Shown one piece after another: positions 13,967 to 27,795 of a DNA stretch of 64,000 nt. The stretch is from contig NC_068982.1 in the NCBI RefSeq assembly GCF_001194135.2, positions 145,065,154 to 145,129,153 on the forward strand, in the 5' to 3' direction. Position 1 is the first letter of the stretch. Every line of letters starts with the position of its first letter. A program made the position numbers and the translations under genes. This DNA comes from Octopus bimaculoides. Taxonomy: Eukaryota. The notes below the pieces were generated by a model. It was given only the letters and a program-made list of their open reading frames with translations. It was not told the origin of the DNA and did no database searches.

Positions 13967-14146
13967 AGTGTGTGTGTGTAATGTAGACACAGCAGGTATT
14001 AAGACGTATATGGCAAATTTGCTGTAAAGAAACTACAGTTTATAACACCTTGTGAAAAATAAATAAATACAAATAAATCTTGTTACTGTTTCTCAGAGAC
14101 ACAGGTACGTTTCATGACTTGACTATTGCATACATTCTTAATATTC

Positions 14147-14250
14147 TTTTCTACTCTAGGCACAAGGTCCGAATTTTTTTTGGGAGGGGGCCAGTCGTAA
14201 CTGGTACGTAATTTATCGACCCGAAAGGATGACAGGCAAAGTCGACCTCG
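14147..14250 (-). mobile_element. 5'-truncated SINE family A copy flanked by 19-bp direct repeat (TSD)
   Basis: Reverse complement matches the 3' half of family A. gcatacattcttaatattc occurs at 14128-14146 and 14251-14269. Confidence 0.85.
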
Positions 14251-14284
14251 GCATACATTCTTAATATTCATAATTTTACTAAAG

Positions 14285-14497
14285 CTGTGAGCTGGCAGAA
14301 ATGCTAATACGCAGTGCAAAATGCTTAGCGGTATTTCTTCTGTCTTTACGTTCTAAGTTCAAATCCCACTTGGTTAATTTTGCCTTTTATCCTTTCGGAG
14401 GTCGATAAATTAAGTACCAGTTGCGTACTGGGGTCGATCTAATCGACTAGCACCCTCCTCGAAAATTTTGGGTCTTTTGCCTAGAGTAGAAAAGAAT
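14285..14497 (+). mobile_element. SINE family A (tRNA-derived octopus SINE)
   Basis: gagctggcagaa..gcttagcgg..tacgttct.agttcaaat..ggtcgataaattaagtaccag..ctggggtcgat..gcctagagtagaaaag. The family has more than 15 copies in this window. Confidence 0.9.
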
Positions 14498-15447
14498 ATT
14501 CTTAATTCTTCTACTCACTAACAGAACTCAAGATCAATCACTATTTAAACGAAATACAAACTAGAAATTTGCTCGCATAACTAGACTAATTAGCCTATCG
14601 CGTGTTTGTCGGTGGCTCAAATAAAAGAGTTATATATATTTTTGGCACAAACAGTGCTTGTTAGAAAATTCTATGGAAAATTTAATTGTTAGAATTATAG
14701 CTCATAAGTCTCTTGTTATTTTCTTCTCACATAGAAAAGTGCAGAGATTATTCTTTAATGTTTAATGTTTGTTTCATATCTTTCCAGAGGGTAGGCACCC
14801 TTACTTTCTGTGCTCAAATGTATTTAAAAGCAACTCCTATTTAAATTGAGCAGAAATTAGAACCTAGCTGAAACTACAAGACAAAATTTCATAACATGCA
14901 TTTTTGGCAGTGTGATTAAATAAGTAGCAAATATTTTATGCTCATACATTGTTTATTACAAAAGCGTTTTACACATGTACACATCTGGTATATTCTTGTG
15001 ATTCTTCAGATGTTATGGACAAGAATGTAAATGATAGCTGAAGGTGATATCAGCAGGTCTGTTCTCATCACTTAAACCGGTCACATGATCATATGATCAC
15101 ATGATCATGCAGTTTACTCGGCTATTATTGTTGGGTTATTGTGGTGTAGTTTATCACTGACAGGGTAAATTATTAACCAGAACTGGCTAAAGAAAATTTT
15201 TTATTAGGTTTTTCACGGAATTTCGTTGAAGAATCTAAGCCATAAGTTAACGAATGACAGGACTTTATGCTTTGTCTAACTGAAAAGTCCCAGTCTTGAA
15301 ACAACGTTAAGCGTCTCTTTACCCTGCAATCAGAAATGTTCTACGGCTGCAACTATTCAGAGAACGTTCCACATGGACAGATTCTAGACATCCGAATACT
15401 ACAATTCCAGTAACAGGAATGTACGCGGAGCAACTCTCCTATGACTA

Positions 15448-15550
<103 letters not shown>

Positions 15551-15959
15551 ACACACATATGTATATATATGTATACATATATATACACACACACACATAC
15601 ACTGCTTGTAAATGTGTGAACATATACGTATACAAAAGCATATCTACCAAAATTAATACATAAGCATGCACTTACAGATACAAACACACACACACATACA
15701 CACACACACACACACTCACATATACATAAAAGAGCAGAAATATTTAAGTAGAACGTTATTGATGTATTCATAGATTACATCATAGCGTAAACACGATGAC
15801 GTGCGTAGATTCTAATTAATCCTATAATTAATCTTACTTTCTCTCTTTCTCCTTCTCTCTCTCCCCTCTTTCTCTCTCTCTCTGTCCCCTCTTTCTCTCT
15901 CTGTCCCCTCTTTCTCTCTCTGTCCCCTCTTTCTCTCTCTCCCCCCTTTCTCTCTCTCT

Positions 15960-16000
<41 letters not shown>

Positions 16001-16165
16001 CGTATTTATTTTATTTTTTATTCGTNNNNNNNNNNATATATATATATTTACGTATTTATTTTATTTTTTATTCGTTGCAGCCACCCAGCTGCGGTATTAT
16101 AGTAGGGTTGCAATTGCAACGGTTACTTATCGATGTAGTAGAAACATGTGTAGGCATATTTGAAG

Positions 16166-16209
<44 letters not shown>

Positions 16210-16696
16210 GAAGGAATAATCCTTATTATTATTATTATTGATATATATATANNNNNNNNNNNNNNNNNNNNNNNNNNNNNNNNNNNNNNNNNNNNNNNNN
16301 NNNNNNNNNNNNNNNNNNNNNNNNNNNNNNNNNNNNNNNNNNNNNNNNNNNNNNNNNNNNNNNNNNNNNNNNNNNNNNNNNNNNNNNNNNNNNNNNNNNN
16401 NNNNNNNNNNNNNNNNNNNNNNNNNNNNNNNNNNNNNNNNNNNNNNNNNNNNNNNNNNNNNNNNNNNNNNNNNNNNNNNNNNNNNNNNNNNNNNNNNNNN
16501 NNNNNNNNNNNNNNNNNNNNNNNNNNNNNNNNNNNNNNNNNNNNNNNNNNNNNNNNNNNNNNNNNNNNNNNNNNNNNNNNNNNNNNNNNNNNNNNNNNNN
16601 NNNNNNNNNNNNNNNNNNNNNNNNNNNNNNNNNNNNNNNNNNNNNNNNNNNNNNNNNNNNNNNNNNNNNNNNNNNNNNNNNNNNNNNNNNNNNNNN

Positions 16697-16746
<50 letters not shown>

Positions 16747-17105
16747 GCGCATAGGCGTTCAGGTGTAACGAAAACCTTTATTAAGTGAAGAGAAAAAATA
16801 TACATAAATTATGTGTATATCTATTCTTAACACTTTCCGACGACTGAAAAGCTTTAACATGGTTTTCCGCTAGTGGATGTTCACGTTTGAGTTTGCCGGA
16901 ACGAACGGATATGCACCTAGTTGTTTTGATCATTGCAGTTTCACGCTCCAATGATAATTAGATATATATCAACTAGTGTATAGTATATAATAAATATAGC
17001 CATTAATATTTATTACAATTTTTTTTTATTTTACGTCCTTCAGTCATTTAATTGCTGCCATTTTAGTCGATGAAATCGAGTTCACTGATTATTTTAAGTC
17101 TGAGA

Positions 17106-17533
17106 GGCGGTGATCTGGCAGAAATGTTAGCACGCCAGACGAAGTGCTTAGCAACACTTCACCCGTTGCTACGTTCTGAGTTCAAATTCCACCGAAGTCG
17201 ACTTTGCCTTTCATCCTTTCGGGGTCGATAAATTAAGTACCACTTACGCACTGGGGTCGATGTAATCGACTTAATCCCTTTGTCTGTCCTTGTTTGTCCC
17301 CTCTATGTTTAGCCCCTTGTTGGCAATAAAGAAATAAGAAACGTTAGCACGCCGGACGAAGTGCTTACGGTATTTCGCTCGTTGCTACGCTCTGAGTTCA
17401 AATTCCACCGAGGTCGACTTTGCTTTTTATCTTTTCAGGATCGATAAATGAAGTACCGTTTGCGTACTGGGGTCGATAAAATCGGCTGGCCCTCTCCCTC
17501 AAAATTTCAGGCCTCGTATCTAGAGTAGAAAGG
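17106..17533 (+). mobile_element. Two tandem SINE family A copies (17106-17340 and 17338-17533)
   Basis: Both show gttagcacgcc..tacgttctgagttcaaattcc.ccga.gtcgactttgc..ggggtcgat. Their 3' tails differ. Confidence 0.9.
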
Positions 17534-18041
17534 GTTATTTTAAGTCTGATATCTATTCTATCGGTCTCTTTTCTGACGAAGCTCGGGGAAGTAATCAAAT
17601 ACACTTTATCTATCCATGAGAAGCAGACACAATAACCGATAGCCAGACAGATAGGCAAACACACATACATACACACATCCCTACTGCTTTTAAAAAGGAT
17701 CTGGAGAAGAAATACTCAGAACAAAAGTAAATTGCAATAGTTTATTTAGGCCGGTCCAGTGGCGTGATACCATTTGAAATGCTTAAGTAACGAGGTGCAA
17801 CGGTTTCTTGAGAAAAGGCAAACTGTCCCAGATTTATATGCGTGAAGAAGTGTTTGCACACCATAGAAACTCCAGAGAAAGAAACGACCGAGCTGGGTGA
17901 CCGTGAGTATGCACCATCGAAAAGGTTCAATAAGGCCGGAATGCATCGTTCACTTCAGCCTGTGTTTATTAAATGATACACAAGGTGGAGGATTATTCAG
18001 TTGATTCTACGGAAAAGCACACTTCAAATATATATATGTAC

Positions 18042-18091
<50 letters not shown>

Positions 18092-18415
18092 NNNNNNNNN
18101 NNNNNNNNNNNNNNNNNNNNNNNNNNNNNNNNNNNNNNNNNNNNNNNNNNNNNNNNNNNNNNNNNNNNNNNNNNNNNNNNNNNNNNNNNNNNNNNNNNNN
18201 NNNNNNNNNNNNNNNNNNNNNNNNNNNNNNNNNNNNNNNNNNNNNNNNNNNNNNNNNNNNNNNNNNNNNNNNNNNNNNNNNNNNNNNNNNNNNNNNNNNN
18301 NNNNNNNNNNNNNNNNNNNNNNNNNNNNNNNNNNNNNNNNNNNNNNNNNNNNNNNNNNNNNNNNNNNNNNNNNNNNNNNNNNNNNNNNNNNNNNNNNNNN
18401 NNNNNNNNNNNNNNN

Positions 18416-18452
<37 letters not shown>

Positions 18453-18659
18453 TTGTATATATATATATACACACACACACATATATATATATATACATAT
18501 GTATACATATATATATATTTGTATATGTATATATATATGCATGTGTGTATGGATGTATTTATTTGTATCTGAGTGTGGTGAAACGTGTATGTGAATGCCT
18601 GTATACACACACACACATATACATACATGCATACACACACATCACCTCACACAAACTTT

Positions 18660-18953
18660 CCCCCCCTGCCAAATTCACTCACAAGGCGTTGGTTTGCTAG
18701 ATGTACAGATAACACTTGCTGACGATGCTACGCAGTGGGACTGAACTAGAAACCTCGTGGTTACGAGCTAAGGGGCATAGGGCCAGTCTCCTAATCTCTC
18801 TGGTGTATATATTCCATCCGTCGCAGGGATACTCATACTCATACTGGTTTTGAGCAGTGGGAAATGAAGTGTTTTGCTCAAGAACACAACGCACTACTCG
18901 GTCCAGGAACCGAACCCGCAATTTTACGATTAACCATTAAGCCATGAGCCTCC
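18660..18953 (-). mobile_element. Two partial SINE relics (family B head 18660-18770; tRNA-head SINE 18781-18953)
   Basis: cactcacaaggc..cagtgggactgaac matches the family B reverse complement. tgaagtg.tttgctcaagaacacaacgc..cgaaccc..gccatg.gcctcc matches the head of 18973-19272. Confidence 0.7.
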
Positions 18954-18972
18954 ACTTACATGTGTATATGCT

Positions 18973-19272
18973 GAGACCACCTTCAGTCATGACTGACTAT
19001 GGGATTGCACCTAGAAAGTTACCCTTTCAGACACAAGTCCGGGCAAGGTTGTTTATGGAAGACCAGCAGTCGCCCATACATACCAGCCTCCCTTCTCCAC
19101 GCCACCAGTGTTATCTAAGGGAAAGGCAAAGGCCGATACAGCTTGGCACCTGTGACGTTGCAATTCATTTCTACAGTCTTGCACAAGAACACAACACGCA
19201 GCCCGGTCCGGGATTCGAACTCACAACCTCACGATCGTAAGCTCGAAGTTCTAACCACTGAGCCATGCGCCT
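18973..19272 (-). mobile_element. tRNA-derived SINE (distinct tail: gcaatcccatagtcagtcatgactgaagg)
   Basis: On the minus strand: aggcgcatggctcagtggttag A box and ggttgtgagttcgaatccc B box, then a body and a LINE-like 3' tail. Confidence 0.85.
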
Positions 19273-19851
19273 AACCAATGAGCATACATGTGTATATGCT
19301 CATATCAAATATGTATCAGTATGGAGGAGATACAAGAGAATCCACTTAACATTATGAATGCATTTGAGATCTCTCAAACTTTAACGGTTGATTTCATCCA
19401 TAATACTAAACCACATTCAATCAGTAACTTGTGGCTCATCCTCACAAGCTGGTTTCATTTGTAGAATACACCAGCATCTAATATCTTTACTATATTCAAT
19501 CGTAGTCACGCTGTCGTTGAAATTTTTAATTATTTTCGTCCTTGGCCATCCTTACACATTAATTTTAGATTAGTTCATGTTTTTCTCAATTATGGCTGCA
19601 TTCTAGTTGGTTTAGGTTTAACAATTATTTTTATATATGTGCATGTCCAACAGTTGAGTGCCATTGTAAATGATGTATTTCATGTTCATTCTCTTCCATG
19701 ATTATTTACACGGTAAATTTTCTTTATGCATTCATATGCGTGTTGAATTTAATATGCTTTAGTCTATTCTCGTATTTCACATAATTATCTGTATTTACGC
19801 ATGTTTCTGTTTACCTGTTTATCTGTCTCCAGGTCTGTTTGCCTGCGTGCG

Positions 19852-19925
<74 letters not shown>

Positions 19926-20631
19926 AACACACACGCATACACACACACACTCATAGACACACACATGTATATATATGTATATTCATACGTGTATATGTCT
20001 GTAATTGTATATATATATTTACATAGATGTATATGTGAATATATTTTTGTGTGTATATGTTTATATTTATTTATATACATTTATATATAGCTATGTAAGT
20101 TTCTACGTTTATATTTGTAGTGTGTATGTGTGTGTATGTGTATGTGTCTTTGTGTGTGTTTGTATGTACATATATATATATATGCACATAATTTCTTATA
20201 GATATTCATAGAAATGACAGGTTCAAGCGAACATTGTCAGGCTACAGAAAATAATATTCAAAGCAAGAAGTCTGAGAGTCAAAATATAAACCCATAACCG
20301 TCAAAATACATCTTGACTCCCTCGAGGGGTTCGTCAGGGATTGGGGAAATGGCGTCAATCAGCTAGATGAGACGACAGTGACATATATGTAAAGGACAGA
20401 ATGAGGCACTAATTGCAGGGTGAGCTGGCCGGAAAGGTGGTGACATAAACAGTGACAAAGATGGCAGAAATGGTGAAATAATTTAGAGATGCTAATTGTT
20501 GTGGTGATGTACAAATAGTGCGTGTGGATGGCGTATGTGTGTAACTGTATGTCTGTCTCTCTGTGTGTATATGTGTGTGAATATGTGTGTTGTGTATGTG
20601 TGTGTGTGTGTATGATATTTGTTATCAGTGA

Positions 20632-20845
20632 GGCAGTGGGATGCCAGAATCGTTAGCACTCCGGGAAAAATGCTTAACGGCATTTCATTCGTCTTTTACG
20701 TTCTGAGTTCCAGTTCTGTCAAGATTGACTTTGCTTTTCATTCTTTCGGGGTCGATGAAATAAGTACCAGTTGATCACTGGCGTCGATGTCATCGAGTAA
20801 CGCCCCTCCTCCGAAATTGCTGGCATTGTGCCAAAATTTGAAACT
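20632..20845 (+). mobile_element. SINE family A
   Basis: Aligns over its full length with the other family A copies; tail ccaaaatttgaaac. Confidence 0.85.
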
Positions 20846-21859
20846 GATATTTGTCATCAGTAGTGACTGGTTACTTCGAAATTTTACCTGTACTAACATC
20901 TCACGCTAGTTTATTTCGAGAAGCGAGGAGTAACAAAACATCGAAGTAAATAGACACAGTTCATAAAAGATATTATTTTCATATTGCAACCAATATTGAA
21001 TAGTTTCATCAGTAAATATCAGTTGATATTTATCACTTACAACCTTAAGATTTTTACAGACGCACGCACGTACATTCACACACACACACACACACAGACA
21101 CACACACACACACACACACACACANNNNNNNNNNNNNNNNNNNNNNNNNNNNNNNNNNNNNNNNNNNNNNNNNNNNNNNNNNNNNNNNNNNNNNNNNNNN
21201 NNNNNNNNNNNNNNNNNNNNNNNNNNNNNNNNNNNNNNNNNNNNNNNNNNNNNNNNNNNNNNNNNNNNNNNNNNNNNNNNNNNNNNNNNNNNNNNNNNNN
21301 NNNNNNNNNNNNNNNNNNNNNNNNNNNNNNNNNNNNNNNNNNNNNNNNNNNNNNNNNNNNNNNNNNNNNNNNNNNNNNNNNNNNNNNNNNNNNNNNNNNN
21401 NNNNNNNNNNNNNNNNNNNATATATATATATATACTACATACGTTTACCGATTGCCTGCCAATGATTTGCTTTCAATAAGAAAGCCATTAGGCTCGAATG
21501 TATAATTCTTTTCCACAAAGAAAATATTTCTTCAGTACTTAGCTGTTTTGAGATCTCTAAAATTGTACTATAATGTATAATGTATGTTTGAATTATACCA
21601 GCCATTTACATCTTAATGTATCTCGTATATATACATAGACAGACACAGCCACAACTCAGACATATGTAATGTATACACACACACACATACACAATTATTC
21701 ACACATACATATGTACACACACATACACACACATACATATGTACACACACATATAGATATGTGGTAAAATAAAAAGGTTTTAGTAAATAGTAATTTACAT
21801 TGGTAAAAATATTTTGAAATTTATTTGTATTTCAGATGTAAACTCTATCGAGTCTGTTA

Positions 21860-21970
21860 CCTTTTGTCTGTTACTTGTTTCCGTCATTGGACTGCAGCCA
21901 TGTTGGGAAAATACTTTGAAGATTTTAGTAGAACAGATCAACCCCAGTTTTTATTCTATCAGTCTGAGAG
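21860..21970 (-). mobile_element. SINE family B 3' relic
   Basis: ttacttgtttc.gtcatt.gactgcagccatg.tggg matches the family B tail reverse complement. Confidence 0.65.
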
Positions 21971-22392
21971 CACTTTCATAAGATGTTGGTGCACCGAGCT
22001 GGCTGAAAATCTAGGTTCAAATACCGGTTACATTAATTTATATTACTTGTCCAGAACTACCAGATGCTTCTCTCACGACCTCTATTGATGGCTACCTCTG
22101 ATCACGGAATGAACAGGTGCTGACTATCTAGACTCGTGGTAAAAATGTTTCAGCCATAACAATCTCATCCTTAAATTCAGAGAAATGTATCCAAAAATTG
22201 TTTTAGCCAGAGAAGCAGCGAGGACAGAGAGGATTAATTTTGGAAACATAGTGAAGGGCCAATACTACATAAATCTTATAGTAAACAGGACATAGAGCAT
22301 ATCTGTCATCGCGATGAAGGTCAGAAGAAGAGGGAGCAAAAGAAGAGAAATAACAACGATGGTAATGATGATGATGATCATCATAATAATAA

Positions 22393-22580
22393 TCCTTCTT
22401 ACTAAAGGCACTAGGTCTAAAATTTTGGGGGAGGGGACCAAAGTGCTTCATTGGTACTTAATTTATCGACCCCGAAAAGACGAAAGGCAAAGCGGAACTC
22501 GGCAGAACTTGAACTCAAAACGTAAAGGATGAAATGCCGCTAAGCATTTTTCCCGGCGTGCTAACGATTCTTCGAGCGCG
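22393..22580 (-). mobile_element. SINE family A
   Basis: Reverse complement of the family A consensus (ggtacttaatttatcgaccc..ttgaactca.aacgtaaag..gcgtgctaacgattct). Confidence 0.85.
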
Positions 22581-22589
22581 CGGCTTTTG

Positions 22590-22647
<58 letters not shown>

Positions 22648-22679
22648 TAATAATAATAATAATGATAATTTCTCTATTG

Positions 22680-22733
<54 letters not shown>

Positions 22734-23752
22734 TTCTCTATTGCATAATAATAATAATAATGATAATAATTGGGTCACTGGCATTTGAAACTGTAGCAAA
22801 TTATTGGCTTCCAGGAAACTTGCTTCTTGCTCAACAACATTATTACTTTGATACAACGAACGCCGGAAAACCGAGCATACGAGTCGGCAATTAGCTTAAT
22901 TGCAAAATGAATTCAATCAACAATTAGCATAATTACTAAATTACAACAAATATTGATTACTTACATTTTAACAAATCCACAAATTTGAGGTAGCAAGTAT
23001 GCTTAAACCAAATCTCTGTATATTACTGTTACTTTATAAATCGGCCTTGTGAGGATGAAAGGGAAAATCGACTTGGCAAAAAAAAAAAAATGCTTTTGAA
23101 ATCAGTTGGTAAAAGAACAGAATTAGACATCACAACAGTTAAACTGGCGCTGTACTGATTCTCAATTCCATCACCTTACATTGCAACAAATATTTGACAA
23201 CGAGGTAACGATGATGGCCTGTATATGGTCATTCACCATGCAAGAAATAAATGCTATAACTTCCTTAACAGCTACTCTATTGTTTTAAAATCGGTGGAAC
23301 ACACTATTTTTATATGGACTTGTGTTTATAAGAGGACGGAGAAATTACATCGGTAAAATGTCTGCACGATCGTATTTGAGCTGGACATGTACAACAATAA
23401 CAATAACAGCAAAAGATCATATGTTGTTACTGGTAGATTGAGATCCAGCCTGTTCGTCCAATATTTATCGACTGTTGATTTGATTCACATATGAAAGATA
23501 TGCCAGGAAGAAATTTGGTTGTAAAGATGTAATGATGCACTTGGCCGTATTTCAACTGTCACCCTTTACCAAAGTGGTAAATTTTGGAGTACGGGAATAC
23601 GCGTTAAGATTCCAGTTTACACCGGTAAGCATAGTCATGACCAGACACTGACACAATTCAGACAGGCTCATACACACACATGCTTACACATTTTCTCATA
23701 CACACACATGCTTACATATTTTCTCACACACACATGCACGAACAAGTATATA

Positions 23753-24629
23753 TTACATGGAAAAATGCGAGCAAGAGAAATAATATTCTTAAGATTATAA
23801 ACCCGGAAAATTACAGGACAAGTTATTACAGTTGGAAAAGTTCAGGACAACTTATTACATCTGGTAAAGTACAGAACAAGAAAATTCTTGCTTAAAATAT
23901 TGGAACTAAGGATAAAATTTCAAATAAAATATCAGGAATTAGAAAATATTAGCTTTTATTAAAACTAAAATTTTTATTACATTTTATTATTTCTATTTGT
24001 TATTGCTTGTTACTGCCATTAAAAATGCAAAAATAACTCAATTAAAATATTTTTTGCACTTTAAAAATATATTTTGTAATTATTAATTAATAATTAGAAA
24101 TTTGAAAATAGGTTATAAAAAATAATAGTAGTAGATAATTAGTCAGTACAATAAATAGAATAATACACAAATTAGTTATATATTACAGTAAAATCTACCT
24201 ATAACAGCAAATTCACAGTAAAATTTGCTTGAGTTATTGCCAAGTCTTCACATTTTTAGTCTTGACCCAATGCCTATTTTTTGCATAATGAATTTTCCTA
24301 CTATATATACTATTCTACTTTGCATAAAACTTTAGCTATATTGGTACTTCTGGCTCTAATTTTTAAAGTATTCTAGTGTGTCAATATTTTAACAAAAGGA
24401 TGGTACCATTTTTAATTATAATGTTACTTTGTAAATTAAACTCAAATAATTTTTAATATTCAAATTTTATCCTTATCTGCAATACTTTAAGTAAAAATTT
24501 TCTTGTTCTGTACGTTACCAGATGTAATAAGTAGTCATGAACTTTTCCAAGTGTAGTAAGCTGTCCTGTAATTTTCTAGGTTTATAATCTTAAGAATAAT
24601 ATTTCTCTTGCTCGCATTTTTCCATGTAA
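23753..24629. mobile_element. Foldback/MITE-like element with 168-bp terminal inverted repeats
   Basis: 23753-23920 (ttacatggaaaaatgcgagcaagagaaat..) is the reverse complement of 24462-24629 at high identity. The interior is AT-rich and non-coding, and no TSD is evident. Confidence 0.85.
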
Positions 24630-25116
24630 CCATTAAGAATATAATTTAACTACTACCGTAGTTGAATGATATGCTAAAATTATTTTATTTTTAATTATGT
24701 TTTCAAGCTCGTCGAAACCATTAGAAATTGACAATATTTTAAAATATCAGGTTCTTATGATACACATAAAGTGAAGGCATAACGTCTTTTGGTAAAATCT
24801 AATAAACATGTTTTAAAAATAAGTATACGTGTTGCCCCTAAGAATATTTGTATAACTTGTATTGTGTCATTCTATGATCCTGGTCTCTTTGAACGGTGTC
24901 TCAAATGTACATACATACATATGAATATCTATACCTGTAGAAGCACAACTATATACATATGTGTCCCTTTCTCTCTATATATGTAGGTATATATATATGT
25001 TGTATGTTGTATATACATATGTAAATGTATATATATANNNNNNNNNNNNNNNNNNNNNNNNNNNNNNNNNNNNNNNNNNNNNNNNNNNNNNNNNNNNNNN
25101 NNNNNNNNNNNNNNNN

Positions 25117-25159
<43 letters not shown>

Positions 25160-27234
25160 TTATATATATATATATGTGTGTGTGTGTGTATGTATGTATA
25201 TATAAATACAGTATACACACAAATACGTATATTGCCCCAACATGGCCAAAGTCTAATGACAGACAAATAAAAGAAGTAAAAGATATAAAAGAGATGTATA
25301 AAATTTGTATACGCAGATATATCTACTTTCTTAAATGTGTGTGTGTGTGTGTGTGTTTATATATATAAATATATATGCGTGTGTGTGTGGTGTATTTTTT
25401 TTGTCTATGTATATTACAGATAACTGTATACACACAGATATCATTAAGCATGATACTGTATCATCTCACACGGGTTAGTTCCATCGGAGTTTTGGTTGAC
25501 AGTATATAACACCAGTTGAAGTATAGTATGTATGTATGTATGTATGTATGTATGTATGTATGTATGTATGTATGTATGTATGTATGTATGTATGTATGTA
25601 TGTATATGCTTCATTATATGTATATGAGTGTACATATGTGTTTGTGTGTTTATGTGTGCGTGTAGTTCACTCATAAATTTAATTTTTATACATACACACG
25701 TGTATACATATATGCATTCATACATGTGTTTACATATATGAATATATGCTTATGCATACGTGTATATATTCATACATGCATACATACATACATACATACA
25801 TACATGCATATATATATATATATATNNNNNNNNNNNNNNNNNNNNNNNNNNNNNNNNNNNNNNNNNNNNNNNNNNNNNNNNNNNNNNNNNNNNNNNNNNN
25901 NNNNNNNNNNNNNNNNNNNNNNNNNNNNNNNNNNNNNNNNNNNNNNNNNNNNNNNNNNNNNNNNNNNNNNNNNNNNNNNNNNNNNNNNNNNNNNNNNNNN
26001 NNNNNNNNNNNNNNNNNNNNNNNNNNNNNNNNNNNNNNNNNNNNNNNNNNNNNNNNNNNNNNNNNNNNNNNNNNNNNNNNNNNNNNNNNNNNNNNNNNNN
26101 NNNNNNNNNNNNNNNNNNNNNNNNNNNNNNNNNNNNNNNNNNNNNNNNNNNNNNNNNNNNNNNNNNNNNNNNNNNNNNNNNNNNNNNNNNNNNNNNNNNN
26201 NNNNNNNNNNNNNNNNNNNNNNNNNNNNNNNNNNNNNNNNNNNNNNNNNNNNNNNNNNNNNNNNNNNNNNNNNNNNNNNNNNNNNNNNNNNNNNNNNNNN
26301 NNNNNNNNNNNNNNNNATATATATATATAGCTGATCACATAAAAATCTCTCAACTGACATATATGGAAAAATTCAATGTTTAACTATAAACTAGAACTGC
26401 AATTTGACCAGAAGAAGCAAAATTTCGACCACTGTCTAGGCACCTACAAAAGTCTTTCAGACTTTGCCTATAAATCTTTATTTATAAATTTCATTTTCTC
26501 TTAGACACCCATACATATAATGCTGTTTATTTTACTCTCCAGCCTCTCTTTTCTTTTTCCTCCAGTCTTAACTATGACATCAATCTTAAAGAAAAACCTG
26601 ACCACAATGTGGAATTAGTTGGATACTAAAAAGGAAAAAAAAAAAGGAGAGAAGAAATTATGTTAGTTTTATTACTGTATGAAGACAAAGAATAAATCCA
26701 CATTCTACTCTTTATTACATGTTATAATAGCATGGAAGTTTTTGAATGATGGATAACAACAACGTCGACAAGAACAATAAAAAAAAGAAAAAGCTCAACA
26801 AAAACAGTCACAACAACGACATTATCAGAAAAGACAAGAAAAGAATAGCAAGAATAAGAAGAAAATCAACGGGAAACACAACAATAATAATAACAATCAT
26901 GATATTAATAACAACAACGTGAAAGGCCAAACAATAAATACGGCGATAGCAACAACAATATACCAGGAATAATGATGAATATGGTGGTGTTGATGATGAT
27001 GATGATGATGGTGATGATAATAATAATAATAACAAAAGCAGCAATAACAAGAAAAATAATAAACATAATCATCATCATCAACATCTACATTAATAACAAT
27101 GTCAACAAGAGCAATAACAGCGAGAAAGTGTAAGAACAACATCAACAACAGGTACAACAACAGTAATTACGACTATCAGATGGCACCATGGTGTGTTGGA
27201 AAATATAAAAACGAACACACATTGACCAACAGAG

Positions 27235-27271
<37 letters not shown>

Positions 27272-27709
27272 NNNNNNNNNNNNNNNNNNNNNNNNNNNNN
27301 NNNNNNNNNNNNNNNNNNNNNNNNNNNNNNNNNNNNNNNNNNNNNNNNNNNNNNNNNNNNNNNNNNNNNNNNNNNNNNNNNNNNNNNNNNNNNNNNNNNN
27401 NNNNNNNNNNNNNNNNNNNNNNNNNNNNNNNNNNNNNNNNNNNNNNNNNNNNNNNNNNNNNNNNNNNNNNNNNNNNNNNNNNNNNNNNNNNNNNNNNNNN
27501 NNNNNNNNNNNNNNNNNNNNNNNNNNNNNNNNNNNNNNNNNNNNNNNNNNNNNNNNNNNNNNNNNNNNNNNNNNNNNNNNNNNNNNNNNNNNNNNNNNNN
27601 NNNNNNNNNNNNNNNNNNNNNNNNNNNNNNNNNNNNNNNNNNNNNNNNNNNNNNNNNNNNNNNNNNNNNNNNNNNNNNNNNNNNNNNNNNNNNNNNNNNN
27701 NNNNNGCTG

Positions 27710-27795
<86 letters not shown>

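Noticed and set aside
15323-15440. Possible - strand exon (ESCSAYIPVTGIVVFGCLESVHVERSLNSCSRRTFLIAG, donor g/GTAAAG)
   Set aside because: The acceptor is embedded in a (TG)n repeat and no domain is recognisable.
15997-16075. Direct repeat of atatttacgtatttattttattttttattcgt on both sides of a 10-N gap (similar cases at 7840-7900 and 56070-56200)
   Set aside because: This is the typical unmerged contig-overlap artefact at fixed 10-N gaps, not a biological duplication.
16075-16165. GAAAC-ATGT-GTA motif and perfect palindrome gttgcaattgcaac, resembling a hammerhead 3' half
   Set aside because: There is no CUGANGA core upstream and no convincing stem I or II.
17832-17902. Possible 71-nt + strand exon (cccAG..cc/GTGAGT; FICVKKCLHTIETPEKETTELGD)
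   Set aside because: The polypyrimidine tract is weak and the peptide is unrecognisable. It cannot be supported without RNA-seq or homology.
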